DNA from: Malacoraja senta
Taxonomy: Eukaryota
Reading direction: 5' to 3'
Length of the DNA stretch: 64,000 nucleotides
Assembly: GCA_038087875.1 (NCBI GenBank)
Contig: CM075977.1
Location: 283,712,001 to 283,776,000 of the forward strand
This document shows, piece after piece, positions 1 through 13,299 of the stretch; the first letter of the stretch is position 1; each line of letters opens with the position of its first letter. Under the pieces are notes generated by a model. The model ran no database searches, was not told the origin of the DNA, and saw only the letters and a program-made list of their open reading frames with translations. The position numbers were made by a program, and so were the translations under genes.

Positions 1-282
1 CATGTTACTCATGGGTGTGACACACTGACTAGAACCATTGTTGTAGAATCCCCTATCCTGGGGAAGCTCCCACGCCTTGTCCCTTCAACTGAGCATTGCA
101 CACCACACTGCTCCGACATTATTAGATCAACCACTCTTAGATCAACCGCTCAATACTGTGAGGAGGCATTGAGAAGAGAAGCAAAATGGACTGCAGTTGC
201 CTTGTTGGTGGGGGTGCGAGGTTAGTCAGGACGGAAATCAGACATTGATGGTGTCTTCCAACCACGATGGAACTTCAGGGGC

Positions 283-397
283 ATAGCTCAGTGGAGTGGG
301 GTCACCATGAAGCAGGTTATAGACAGAGCTCAGTGGGGTCACCATGGAGCAGGTTATAAACAGAGCTCAGTGGAATGGGGTCACCATGGAGCAGGTA
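283..397. repeat. ~40-bp tandem repeat, 3 copies
   Basis: Repeated agctcagtgg(aat)ggggtcaccatggagcaggt. Confidence 0.8.
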
Positions 398-706
398 CGT
401 GGCACTGCTTGCCTCACACTTGAAGGATGTCCACACTAGTGCCTAAAGAAAGTCAGCAGGAAGTAAAATGGGAGAACACAAAACCCAAACAACCATTGTG
501 GTCTCTCCTTCAGGTCACATGATGCTTGAAAAGTACTCCGTGCAAGCCTACTTCCCAAGATATGAAAGTGTTTAAACTGCTCCATGGGTAAAAGACATGT
601 GCAATACTGTGTATTCTCCAAATTGTAATTGAGACAGTCACTGAAACTAATCGTTTTTAATCATTTGAAATGAGGGAAGCAAAGAGGAGTGCGGAAATAA
701 AGAGGA

Positions 707-1668
707 TTACATAGAAACATAGAAAATAGGTGCAGGAGGAGGCAATTCGGCCCTTCGAGCCTGCACCGCCATTCATTGTGATAATGGCTGATCGTCCCCA
801 ATCAATAACCCGTGCCTGCCTTCTCCCCATATCCCTTGACTCCACTAGCCCCTAGAGCTTTATCTAACTCTCTCTTAATTACATCCAGTGATTTGGCCTC
901 CACTGCCCTCTGTAGCTGGAAATTCCATAAATTCACAACTCTCTGGGTGAAAACGTTTTTTCTCACCTCAGTCTTAAATGACCTCCCCTTTATTCTAAGA
1001 CTGTGGCCCCTGGTTCTGGACTCGCCCAACATTGGGAACATTTTTCCCGCATCTAGCTTGTCCAATCCTTTTATAATTTTATATGTTTCTATAAGATCCC
1101 CCTCATCCTTCTAAACTCCAGTGAATACAAGCCTAGTCTTTTCAATCTTTCCTCATATGACAGTCCCAGGGATCAATCTCGTGAACCTACGCTGCACTGC
1201 CTCAATCACAAGGATGTCCTTCCTCAAATTAGGAGACCAAAATTGTACACAATACTCCAGATGTGGTCTCACCAGTGCCCTATCCAACTGCAGAAGAACC
1301 TCTTTACTCCTATACTGAAATCCTCTTGTTATGAAGGCCAACATTCCATTAGCTTTCTTCACTGCCTGCTGTACCTGCATGCCAACTTTCAGTGACCGGT
1401 GTACAAGGACACCCAGGTCTCGCTGTACCTCCCCCTTACCTAACCTAACCCCATTGAGATAATAATCTGCCCCCTTGTTTTTGCCGCCAAAGTGGATAAC
1501 CTCACATTTATCTATATTATACTGCATCTGCCACGCATCTGCCCACTCACTCAACCTGTCCAGGTCACCCTGCAACCTCCTAACATCCTCTTCACAGTTC
1601 ACACTGCCACCCAGCTTTGTGTCATCTGCAAACTTGCTAGTGTTGCTCCTAATTCCCTCTTCCAAATC
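707..1668 (-). mobile_element. CR1 LINE 3' fragment
   Basis: RT C-terminal motifs SKFADDTKLGG and LVRPHLEYCVQFWSP; (catagaaa)n tail near 710. Confidence 0.9.
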
Positions 1669-1829
1669 ATTAGGATTAGCAGGTAAAATTCCATTTGCCA
1701 ATCCTTGGCACACCTTCCCAACTGATCTCAATCGTGTTGTAAACATAGATGCATCACAGGCTTCTTCTCACCCTGTGGATGATACTGCTCTCTACTTTCT
1801 TCCTACCAATTTAATACAGCAAAATGTGA

Positions 1830-2410
1830 GGTCTAACATGGGCAGCACCTATACAGTGAATGGTAGAGTGGCTCTGGGAACTGTTGTAGAGCAGAGGGAT
1901 CTAGCAGTACATAGTTCCTTAAAAGTGGTGTCACAGGTAGATAGGGTGGCACATTGCCCTTCATCAGTCACAGTTTTAAATATAAAAGTTGGGAGGTCAT
2001 GTTGCAGTTATATAAGACATCGGTGAGGCCGCATTTAGAGTATTGTGTTCAGTTCTAGGCACCATGTTACAGGAAAGATGTTGTCAAGTTGGAAAGAGAA
2101 GATTTACGGGGATGTTGCCAGGACTAGAGGGTCTGAGCTATAGGGAGAGGTTGAGCAGGCTGGGTATTCCTTGGAGCTCAGGTTGAGGGTCTCAGGGGTG
2201 ATCTTATAGAGGTGTGTAAAATCATGAGAGGAATAGATGGGGTAGATGCACAGAGTCTCTAGCCCAGAGTAGGTGAATCGTGAACCAGAGGACATAGGTT
2301 TAAGGGGAAAGGAGAAAAAATTAATAGGAATCGGAGGGGTAACTTTTTCACAGAAAGGGTCGTGGGTGTATGGAACGAGCTGCCAGAGAAGGTAGGTGAG
2401 GCTGGACTTG
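1830..2410 (+). mobile_element. CR1 LINE fragment
   Basis: Degenerate CR1 ORF2 3' region (RPHLEYCVQF, FFTERVVGVWNELP). Further CR1 3' pieces continue to ~2700. Confidence 0.8.
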
Positions 2411-3192
2411 TCATAGAGTAATTGTGTGATACAGTGTGAAAACAAGCCCTTCGGCCCAACTTGCTCACAACTGCACTAGTCCCACCTGCCCGCATTTGGT
2501 CCATATCCCTGAAAACCTGTCCTATCCATGATTATTGCAATGTATCAAACAATTAGACAGGTATATTGATATGGCAGGTTAGAGGGATGTGGGCCAAAAG
2601 CGGACAGGTGAGACTGCAGACATCCTCTGAGTAGGTGGGACATGTTGGTTGGTATGGGCACATTGGACCGAAGGGCCTGTTTCCACACTGTCACTCTATG
2701 ACCGCCAAGTACATTTGTAGTTCTTTCTTTTAATCTTCCTCTACCATGTTTTTGCACGTGCCACCAACCTGTGTCCCCTCAAGAGTGTATTGGAAGATGG
2801 AGGAAGAGGCAAGGCTCATGGAAGGGAGGGGTTGGAGGAGGAGATGCAAGACTTCGAGGAAAGGGGGAGACTTGCAGGAAGGAGTTAGATGTGGAAGATC
2901 GAGCATTAAATAGAGGTGGGAGGGGGGGGGGGAACTGTAGAGTGAATCTGAAGGAGGCTAAAGATGTGATCCAAAGGAATGGGTGTTGAAAGGAGCATTG
3001 GATTGTGATTCCACTGGAACCGGGGTGATTTGAATGCTCGCTACCTCATATTCTGTTTGACATATCAGCTTTATTATCCATGGGTACATTAGCTTGTTCA
3101 TTTCCTTTGGGCAATGGCAATGACAATTTGGAATTATTTGAAGAAAACTTTTGGATTGAGTAAAATCATGTGATGTACACTATATATTATAA

Positions 3193-3487
3193 CACGGCGG
3201 CGCAGCAGTAGAGTTGCTGCCTTGCAGTGCCAGAGACCCGGGTTCAATCCTGACCACGGGTGCTTGTCTGTATGGAGTTTGTACTTTCTCCCTGTGACTG
3301 CGTGGATTTTCTCCGGTTTCCTCCCACACTCCAAAGACATACAGGTTTGTAGGTTAATTGGCTTGGTGTAATTGTAAATTGTCTCTAGTGTGTGTGTAGG
3401 ATAGTATTAATGTGCGGGGATCACTGGTCGGCAGGGACTCAGTGGGCCGAAGGGCCTATTTCTGTGCTGTATCTAAACTAAACTAAA
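3193..3487 (+). mobile_element. tRNA-derived SINE (V-SINE/HE1-like)
   Basis: A-box/B-box-like head (ggcgcagcagtag...ggttcaatcc), conserved core and (ctaaa)n tail. Many copies in the window. Confidence 0.8.
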
Positions 3488-3512
3488 TTTATATACCTTT
3501 CTCTCTTTGAAG

Positions 3513-3560
3513 AAATCGCCACTCCTGCTACACTACAGGCCTAAAATGGACCTGCTATGA
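3513..3560 (+). CDS. PCGF3: Polycomb group RING finger 3, last coding exon (KSPLLLHYRPKMDLL*)
   Basis: Pyrimidine tract and AG acceptor (ctttctctctttgaag, AG at 3511-3512), then 48 nt in phase 0 ending in TGA at 3558-3560. Near-identical to the recalled vertebrate PCGF3 C-terminus KAPLLLHYRPKMDLL. Upstream exons were not found in the window. Confidence 0.9.
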   Translation, partial: KSPLLLHYRPKMDLL

Positions 3561-4235
3561 CATGAAGTTTTATTGCCAGCAGAACTTCACAAGGTGCAAC
3601 TGTTGCAGAGACTATCACCCAGCACTCAAACAATGCATCAGTGGATCTAGCATGTGGCAGCCACACACCAGCAAACGCACATACCAGATCAGAGGTACTG
3701 TTCAACTGGGACTGACTCAACAAAAGCCTGCTTCCGTGCTCTCTCCTACATTGTGTGGAATCGCTCATGTTTAAGTGGGTTTACAGTCATAATATTATTA
3801 TGAAAGGATCAAATGAAATTGCACCAAGACACTTTTTATACCTGGTTTCTAAAGAAAAATGCAGTCATGAATTTGATGTGTTAGGCGGCTTTGTTGTTGT
3901 GGGCACAAGATATCTTTTATAGTTTACATTTTGCTTTAGCAGCTCCGTGAACCTGCGTGTGATTTGGAAATGTTTAATGATGCCGTATATTAATCTGCGG
4001 GTTGCTTTGGCTTTCTTATTTAAAGGACCTTGGAATTATTTTTATAGTTCCAGATCAAAAATTATGGATTGAAGTTGGTAGATTTTTAAAAATATCTTAT
4101 CAGATGAAATTCCTCTGTTTGCTGTTTGAACAGATATTTACCCACAAATTTTTGACTTTATAAAATATATACTCCAGGTTTTTCAGCTTCTCGTCATATT
4201 CTAATCTGATCTGTTAACACTTCTTTAAAAATAAA
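3561..4235 (+). other. PCGF3: PCGF3 3'UTR, proximal part up to the first AATAAA (4230-4235); may extend several kb further
   Basis: AT-rich unique sequence after the stop codon. Another AATAAA lies at 10485-10490. The true end cannot be determined from sequence alone. Confidence 0.5.
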
Positions 4236-4625
4236 CCCTTTTGGATCCGCTGTAGCACATTCCAACGTTGCAGCTCTCAGCAACCGAGTTTTTAAAGACA
4301 CCCACAAAAAGCTGGAGTAACTCAGTAACTAGTACTCAGTACGCAGCTGGTTTAAATGGAGTAACAGCAGCTGAGTTACTCCAGCTTTTTGTGTCTGTCT
4401 TTGGTTTAAACCAGCATCCAGCAGTTCCTCCATACACAACTGAGTTCCAAAGTTGTACAATACACTACTCGCATTCTGTTTCCTGCCCTTGAAGCCACAA
4501 AATTGCAACATTGAGTCTGAGCACTGTCGAGAAACATACTCCAGCATCTTGTGGATCAAAGGTAGACACAAAATGCTGGAGTAACTCAGCCAGTCAGGCA
4601 GCATCTCTGGAGAGAAGGAATGGGG

Positions 4626-4738
4626 GACGTTTCGGGTCGAGACCCTTCTTCAGACTCATTATGGGTGACGTTTCGGGTCGAGACCCTTCTTCAGACTCAT
4701 TATGGGTGACGTTTCGGGTCGAGACCCTTCTTCAGACT
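4626..4738 (-). ncRNA. Tandem trimer (41-bp unit) of a minimal hammerhead ribozyme motif from a Penelope-like terminal repeat
   Basis: Minus-strand unit CUGAAGA-A-GGGUCUCGACCC-GAAA-CG-UC-ACCCAUAAUGAGU, with units at 4626, 4667 and 4708. Confidence 0.65.
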
Positions 4739-5227
4739 GTGGAACAAGCCAGGCTCTGCAGTAGTTTATAGTCTGATATGTCGTCCCAATCCGACAGATC
4801 CCATCGGCAATTTGCTTTTGCATATCCCCTGAGCTGAACAAATATCAAGTGGTCCATTTAAATTGTTTAACCCAAGATCCTAGTAAGTGGAATTTCTCAG
4901 TTCATGTCTTCGGTGAGATAGAGTTAGTTATGATTATCATTGCTTTTATTGTATGTTTACAGTAACCATGTATCTTCCATTGGAATATCTACAACTCTCC
5001 AACTTACCCAGGAGAGGTGCTATATGTCTGTTACATCACAGAAACATCAACGTTATTTTGTAAGAAAGGATGTTCACCTGTGTTAAAGATGGGGCTGGTA
5101 ATCTCCAGTACTTTCATCACTATTCCTTACCCTAATGATATTAAATATCTTGGGCTGAGAGAGGGGATATATGATGGCAGTAATGGGGACCGATATTCAT
5201 CCATATTGTTCATGGTTCGTTCTGAAG

Positions 5228-5231
<4 letters not shown>

Positions 5232-5263
<32 letters not shown>
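5232..5263. repeat. (TA)n microsatellite
   Basis: Direct observation. Confidence 0.95.
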
Positions 5264-5265
<2 letters not shown>

Positions 5266-5659
5266 CAGATTATGTGTTTTAGTTCTTGGTATTTGGTGGT
5301 ATTTCTGCACTGTGTACCAGGTTTCTAAGATAAACGATAGATAGTACAGCATTAGAGTTGTTATTAATATACCTGGGCAGAATTACGCCTCGACAGTGTT
5401 CTTGTAAATAATTGAATGTGCATAACTGATTTCAAAGATTTTGATAGGGTATGTCTGACCATTGTAACTGCCTGTAAAGTGACTCATAAAATACTATTTT
5501 TGGCAGGGATCAGTAACATTTTTAATCTAGGCAGCAAGAAAGTTAACAAAATTACAGTCTCTATGATTTTTATGACAGATTAAATGAAATATAATTTCAA
5601 AGCTGTGTCCAACTTAACTTCTGATGAGTTTTGATTGATATCGATGAAAAAGCAATAAG

Positions 5660-6555
5660 CATGTCCATTTCCTCCACAGATGCTGCCTGAGCGGCTGAGT
5701 TCCTCCAGCACTTTGTGTTTTGCTCAACATCCTAGTGCAACTTTAACCTTCAGCTGTAGAAACAAGGAACTACAGATGTTGTTTTGCAAACAATGCCACA
5801 AAGGGCCAGAGTAACTTAGCAGGTCAAGCAATATCTCTGGAGAACAGGCATAGGTGACATTTCATTCGGGACCCTTCTTCAAACTGATTGTGGTAGGAGA
5901 GGGAAAGGTTCATGTGCACCTCCTCTAACCTCATCTCCGGCATCTCCCATTGTGGTTTCCTGTACATCAGCGAGACCATGCCCAGACCTGGTGACCTTTT
6001 AGCTGCATTATTGCGCTTGATCCACCAAGGCCTGCTGGATCTCCCGGTTCCTAACCAATTTAACTCCCCTTCCCATTCCCACACTGACCTTGCTGTCCTG
6101 GGCCTCCTCCATGGCCAGTGTGAGGCCATACGCAAACTGGAGGAACAGCACCTCATATTCTGCTTTGGTAGCTTACAACTACATAATGCTCCCCCTCTCC
6201 CTTCTTCCCCCACCACTTTCCTTTCCCTTTCCCTCTGGACTTACATCTATTTTTCCCCTCCCCCATCCCCTTTAATCCACTTTCCTTCCTCTAGCTTCAC
6301 ATTTCACAAGCTTCAATCCTCTTGTCTCACATCTGTCTTTTCATCTCTGGCCCCTGTCCAAACATCTGCCTATAAATTCTTCATTCCCTCACCTGTATCC
6401 ACCTATTGCCTATTAGGCTGTGTCCTGTCCCTTCCCTCTCTCAGCTTTCTTACACCCTCCCCCCACAATCAGTCTGAAGAAGGGTCCCTCGACAAAACAT
6501 CACCTCTCTATGTTCTCCAGAGATCCGCTGAGTTACTCCAGCCAGCACTTTGTAT
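5660..6555 (+). mobile_element. Penelope-like element fragments (GIY-YIG remnant and terminal repeat)
   Basis: CTSSNLI...C.FLYISET...FNSPSHS..DL.VLGL GIY-YIG remnant; degenerate hammerhead core at ~6473. Confidence 0.75.
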
Positions 6556-7002
6556 TTCAACCGATATCTTGGGAAATTTGACAGACATTGCATTTGGAAA
6601 CGGAAAAGGGTTTAGTAGAACGAATAGATAATTCTTTGGAGAAACAGCTTTGATGGAATTAAGATTGCCTCATCTAAAATATAGTTCAGTGTTGCTCCAA
6701 GTTCATCGCTGGGCCCTGGTGCTAATGAAATGATGTCTGGAGCTAATTAAAACTACGTCTATCCTGTACTTTGTGTAAAATATATGCAACTTCCATCCTA
6801 GTTTTATGAATTTACTTGAAGTGTCTCATGAGCCACAAAGCAAGAGTTTTTACTGTAAATCGATGAGTGGCAGTTCGATGGTTTTACTCCCATGGCCGTT
6901 CTCTCTCTTGTCTTTGTGTTTCTGTCGATTCTGATGTCTCTTTTGTTGCTTTCCTTCGTGTGCGAGGCTGGTTAATTGCAACTGAGTATAAGCTAGACTA
7001 AG

Positions 7003-7300
7003 ATAGACACAAAAAGCCGGAGTAACTCAGCAGTTCAGGCAGCATCTCTGCAGAGAAGAAATGGGTGACGTTTCGGGTCGAGAGATTCCTTCTCTCCAGA
7101 GATGCTGCCTGTCCCACTGAGTTACTCCGGCTTTTTGTGCCCATCTTTAGTTAACCAGTCCTGACCCGAAACGTTGCCCATTCTTTCTCTCCCAGAGATG
7201 CTGCCTCACCCGCTGAGTACTCCAGCATTTTGTGTCTACCTTCGATTTAAACCAGCATCTGCAGTTCTTTCGTACACCTCTGCAGTTCCTTCTACACATA
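7003..7300. mobile_element. Penelope-derived terminal-repeat fragments in inverted arrangement
   Basis: acaaaaagccggagtaactcag ... ctgagttactccggctttttgt inverted arms. Confidence 0.65.
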
Positions 7301-10300
7301 ATAAGCTAGACTGGCAAATCCTCTCCCTGTTATAATTGTATTCAGCAATGATAAATCTTAATTATACAGTAATGCCAGTGTTGTGCCAACTACTTACCGA
7401 TCTGCCACTGTGAGGACACTGAAATCAGCCACGTAATCAGACTACGGCGAACTAGGAGAGATTTTGTGAAGCTCATGGTTGGTAGTTGGCCTGCAAACTG
7501 AAGGCCATGTATGGTGCTGATCCATAACTTACTAGAGGTATTAACGTCAGTTTATAACCCAGAGTGACGGAGTTTAAATGAGGAAGAATATCTGCATTGC
7601 CAGTCCAATACCATAAACACTATACCATCTTCCCGAAAGAGAGAAATCTTTTTTCCACATCCAGATATACAAGAGCTAATTGTAGTGTGGTTTGGGGAGG
7701 CTCTCTTGCTGTTTTGTGTTTTACATTATCTGTGTTGACATTTGGAGGAATGGCTTCTGGCCAAATGTGTGCTTTGTGCTGAGACAGCAGGCCAGCGTTT
7801 GAAAGCTGCGGTTAGTTGCTGAGCATCAGAATGTATAAAACTTGCACTTTGTCCATTGGGTGCTGAAAGGTAAAATACTACAGGCAAGAACGATTCAGAG
7901 AATGCATTTCAGTACATTGAGTTTGTATCATTATTTATCCACTACTGTGACTTAAGCTTTTTTTTTAAACAACAAATCCCAATCACAAGATATAAAAAAC
8001 TGCAGATGGACATATTGTTTAATGAACTCTAGCATTAATTTAACTGGTATCCTTGAACAATTCAGACAAAAGATATGAGTGCCTTTAACTAGATCCAGTC
8101 CATCTTTAGTAATGCAGTTATTGATACTTTCACATAGTCTTCCAGTCAGTGGTTACTGCTGACTACACTACACTGGCAGCACAGGCTTTGTGTGGGGACA
8201 CTTCACTCACTACCATTTTTAATGGGAGGATTTTCCTGAAAATGTCAGATTTTGACTTTTGTGAAATGTATCATTTCAAACTGTTTTAAGTAAGAAAGCC
8301 AAAGTTAGATAAAGTTGATAAAGCTAAAGAAGTCTGAATCCAGCATCTGCAGTTTGTTTTTCATTGCTGGGGAAATGTTTGGTGTAACAGTCAAAACTAC
8401 AAACCTTAAAACTGTGAAGGTAGGTATTGACTTTGAGTTGTGTTTTGTTAATGTTAATGGATGAGAGAACAATTTAGATATGTCTGGTTTGTTTGGAATG
8501 AAGATACTTTAATGTTTTCACCTCATCTGTGGTTGAAATGAAAGTACTATGTGATGTTAGACAAAGGTAGTCTGAACTGTTTGCTCATCCTGATTATATG
8601 TTTAACTTTGCATTGTTTTTGATACAGAAAGCATAATGTCTCTGTTTGTGTGGGTTTCAGCTTCTGTGTGGTACCAGAATGGTTATTATGTACACAGCCT
8701 TTTACACAAATCCAAATCAGTGCTTGTTTATTGAACAATGGAGCCTTTCAAAGACAATATTGTAAGTGGGCCTTTTTATAAAAAAATGTTGGCTGGGGCT
8801 GAGAATTATTATATACTGTCTAACTTTATTTTCTATTAAGCTTTGCAGCTGTGATCTGCTTCATTGTCGTAGTAACATCAGTGCAAATTAAGTTACAATA
8901 AGCTTTGCTGTAAATTGGCTACTAATTTAATCTGAACTGCTAGTTACATGTTCCGGCATGCTGGTACAGTGAGGTATATCTGTCAGATCGGGCAGCAGGG
9001 CAGGGTGCATATGGAATTGTTGATTTGTTATTGTTATGTGAAGGTTAGTCATTCACTCCTGCTTAGCAGTGTCCAGATTTCATACCCCGTTTAACTTGAT
9101 TCTTTCAATCCATTTTCTGGGTCAGGCAGCACTTGTGAAGGGAATGGACAGATGTCGTTTTGGGTCTGGACCCTTAGATTGGTGAACAGATAGTGTTTCG
9201 GATGGTCCCTTTTGTTAGGCTATTCAGTCTAAAGAATGGTCCCGAGCTGAAACATCGTCTGTCCATTCCCCTCCACAGATACTGCCTGATCTGCTGAGTT
9301 CCTCCAGCAGTTTGTGTTTTACTCCAGATTCCATCATCTGCAGTGTCTTGTGTCTCCTACTGTTTTACTGTTACACTGGTATGGAATGTACTCTCTGGAT
9401 CACGGGGCATAGGAACATATAGTTGAGCTGTGAATCTGCTCAATAAGAATTTCCTACTGTTCAGTGGATGGAGTTCATTCATGGACAATGTGTGTCCAAA
9501 CAATACAACCTTTGTTTACAGTACTTCAGAGTTTTAGTTCACAAAAATCTGCCTGTCTCTTCTGAAATTAACAATCTCACATCAATTATTATTGTCAATG
9601 TTGAGCTCCAAACATTTACTGTCCCTTAAATCTGTGTGTCTCCTGCTTGAACCCTGTTCTTCAGTCATAGACTCACAATCAGCAGAAAATAGCTTCTTTC
9701 CCCTACGATAACCATGCATCTCATTATCTTCAATCATCAAATCATCCTGCAATTTTCTAAATTCCAGATAATTTGTCCTAAATGTGATTGATTTTAATTT
9801 AATGTAATTTTTGGCATCTAGCTGTCATTCTGGCAAATCTACAGTTCTCCTTCCTCCCCTGACATTTGCTCTCCACAGCTGCCTACAACACTGCTGCTCA
9901 CGTCTGGCCAACTCTGCAATGGCATTGCTTTGTCTTCCTGTACTTTGTTCCTCCAAAAGCCGTTTGATGATTAATTGTACTTCCCATGACGTTTGACCAA
10001 TGTGGCTTTATAAATCCACTGTTTCTGGCCTTGTACTAGTTCCACGTTGCTCTGCTTGATCCTTCATTGGTCCAGAGAGCTTGACCCGCAAGAGTCACCC
10101 CTTCATCTGTAAACATCTGGTGGTATCTTTATGCTTCTATTGACACTGTTAACAAGCACCTGAGATTATCTGCCATTCTGACCCTCCATCTAAGCCATTA
10201 ATAATGCACAGTGAAAGTTTTTACAGGGCACTGCTGGTTCAAGCTGGCAGACATAGAAAGGAACTGCAGATGCTGGTTTAAAGCTAAGACCAGCTTTTTG

Positions 10301-11994
10301 TGTCTATCTTCGGCCTGAACACTTGCTGGTATACCTCCTGTGCAGGCGCTTTCCAGTTTCCCCCACCAGATCAATATTTTGGCCTTTGATCCCAGAAGCT
10401 TCACGTTTAGCTGTGAGACTCATTAGCAAACTAGACAATGATTTGATAACATCAGTAGATATTTACCGTTTATTATCAATCAGCAATAAATTGGATGGTG
10501 CCTGGTGTGACCATCCTTTACAATCCACACTCTTACTCTCAGATGGATATTGCCTCTAGACCGCAATCACCTCCTGGTAGCAGATGTGAACCTAACTCGT
10601 GTACGATCCACACTTTCTTAAATAGTAAAGTAACCTCCACAATTTCCCATCTTAAAGGATCGATTCCTAAATCAAATGTACATTTTTGATGGCTCTGAAA
10701 GGTTCTGACTCGGGTCGTTTAAAACCCAATGTTAGCACCATTTGTGCTGGGCATTGGTCACTTTTCTATGCCATTATTTTCCTCATTACTTTTGTGAGTT
10801 TGTCCCTTATTCAGTGTTGTTTCTTCTTTACTGTATATACTGATGCAAAGTGAATATTCAACCTCTGCCATTTGCTTGTTGCTACACATTATTCACTTCA
10901 GATAAGTAATTGGCTCGAGCCGTCATCCTCAGGGCCAGAGGTTTCATGTAAATTAGTGAAGGGCTGGACTGCCTCTTGCCGTCCTGTAGAGTTGCAGCAT
11001 CCGGTGAGAATCTATCTGTCTGCTCCAAGAACTCGGCATTTATCAGGGAAAATAGATCGACCGTTAGCTTCCACTGCATTTTCAGTCTTGTACTCAAAGC
11101 TTGCATCTGTTATCAAGTCCAGCCAGCACTGCTGTTGTGAGTCTCGTCTTTTAGAACCATCAGGGATCAACCATTAGTCTATGTGTTCGATTTATTTTAC
11201 CGGCTCTTGCATTTCCTGTGTATTTCTGTGGAACTTTATACTTTAGTGTTGCTCACCTCCGCGTGTTCTCCAAAGATGCTGCCTGTTCCATTCAGCTACT
11301 CCAGCACTTTGTGTCTTTCCTTGGTACATCTTGTGTCCACACAATGAGGCTCTGCCTCAGTTTGAGCCGGTAGTTGTTGGGTGGAGTGTGGGAACCAGCA
11401 GAGATCAGAGAGCCAGCAAGCCCAGTGAGTTATCCTCGAGCTGCCTCCTGAGGCCAGAGTCACGGAACAGACCGACGCTGACTGCAATGTAGTCACTAGT
11501 GTGGCCCCAGTGTGATTTTAAACAAGAACGGCACCTTTCCTCATACACCAGCCCTGAATCTCAAGATTGTTGTAGATTGCACAATCCCCTCCCTTGGACA
11601 CTCAGGTCAACCCCAGCACCAGGGGACTTCACAACCTGCTCTTCCCACTCTATCACAACCTGAAACCACCACAATCTTTCATCTTTGTCCAGTGTCCCGC
11701 ATCTTCTTTCTTGGTTACGACCAAAGGAACGTCCTCGTTTGATGCATCAGCTATGCCCTCTGCCGACAAATATTTATCCAGTCATTAGCATTTTGCTGTG
11801 CCTGAGGCATGTTTCTGCATTCCCTTTCTGCCAGTCTCCAGTGCTCTCCCTCCCCCTCACTCCCTCCACCTCTCCCATGCTCTCTCGTTTCCCATGCTCT
11901 CCTCCCTCTCTTCACCTCTCTCCCTCCCCCTCTCTTGTTTCTCTTTGCACCCGAGGATCTTTGCTGGGAGCCCCTAATAATTCATCTCACTTGA

Positions 11995-12472
11995 TAGAAA
12001 CATAGAAACATAGAAAATAGGTGCAGGAGTAGGCCATTCGGCCCTTCGAGCCTGCACCGCCATTCAATATGATCATGGCTGATCATCCAACTCAGTATCC
12101 CGTACCTGCCTTCTCTCCATACCCCCTGATCCCTTTAGCCACAAGGGCCACATCTAACTCCCTCTAAATATAGCCAATGAACTGGCCTCAACTACCCTCT
12201 GTGGCAGAGAGTTCCAGAGATTCACCACTCTCTGTGTGAAAAAGTTTTTCCTCATCTCGGTCTTAAAGGATTTCCCCCTTATCCTTAAGCTGTGACCCCT
12301 TGTCCTGGACTTCCCCAACATCGGGAACAATCTTCCTGCATCTAGCCTGTCCAACCCCATAAGAATTTTGTACGTTTCTATAAGATCCCCTCTCAATCTC
12401 CTAAATTCTAGCGAGTATAAGCCAAGTCTATCCAGTCTTTCTTCATATGAAAGTCCTGACATCCCAGGAATC
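11995..12472 (-). mobile_element. CR1 LINE 3' fragment
   Basis: ORF 12154-12462 LSYEERLDRLGLYSLEFRRLRGDLIE; (catagaaa)n tail. Confidence 0.9.
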
Positions 12473-12639
12473 TTGATGAGAGAGTTTGTGTTGTCCGTTG
12501 ATGGCTGAATGTTCCCGTTATGTAGGTTGCTCCCCAGTCCTCCCCCCCCCCCTCCCCCAACCTTCCTGAGTGACCTCCCAACTCTGGAGTGACCACCCTC
12601 CCCCCCTTAGTGACGCCACCCCCGAATGACCCCCTCCTC

Positions 12640-12810
12640 CCTAAGTGACCCCCACTCTCCCTGTGACCCCACTCTCCCTGTGACCCCCACTCTCCCTGTG
12701 ACCCCCACTCTCCCTGTGTCCACTCTCCCTGTGACCCCACTCTCCCTGTGCCCACTCTCCCTGTGACCCCACTCTCCCTGTGACCCCACTCTCCTTGTGA
12801 CCCCGCTCCT
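12640..12810. repeat. 17-18 bp minisatellite (tgaccccactctccctg)
   Basis: Direct tandem copies. Confidence 0.9.
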
Positions 12811-13299
12811 CCCAGACTGACCCCTCCTCCCTCGCTGAGTGGCCCACCCCATTCCAGACTGACCCATCCCCCACATGGCCTTCCTTGCCTGTTACTGCAA
12901 CACACTCATAAGCGGCTTGGTGTGGAACACAAAGCGTGGTTTGGTTTCTGCATCCTACCTAGAATCTGTCAGTTGTTACTCTGACAAACAAAACCATTTG
13001 GCCCATCGACCAATGCTGTCTCATGTCAGTCTCGCTCCTTCACCCATTCCCTGCAACAATGTAATTCATTCTCTCTCAAGTGCTGATGCCGTTTTGCATT
13101 CATTCACCTCACTTCATAGAGTCATACAGCAAAGGAATAGACCCTTAGGCCCATCCCGTCCATGTCTTCCTGAGCCAGTCCCATTTGCCAATGTTTGGCC
13201 ATACCCTTTGAAACTTTTCCTATCCATGTCCACATCCCATACCTGTCCAAGAGTCTCTTGGATGTCATCATTATTTGGCAGCTCATTCCATATGCCCAC

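Noticed and set aside
3193-3270. tRNA gene calls at SINE heads
   Set aside because: Only A/B-box-like remnants fused to SINE bodies; no complete cloverleaf.
3562-3774. 70-aa ORF immediately after the PCGF3 stop
   Set aside because: No recognisable homology; most likely a chance ORF in the 3'UTR.
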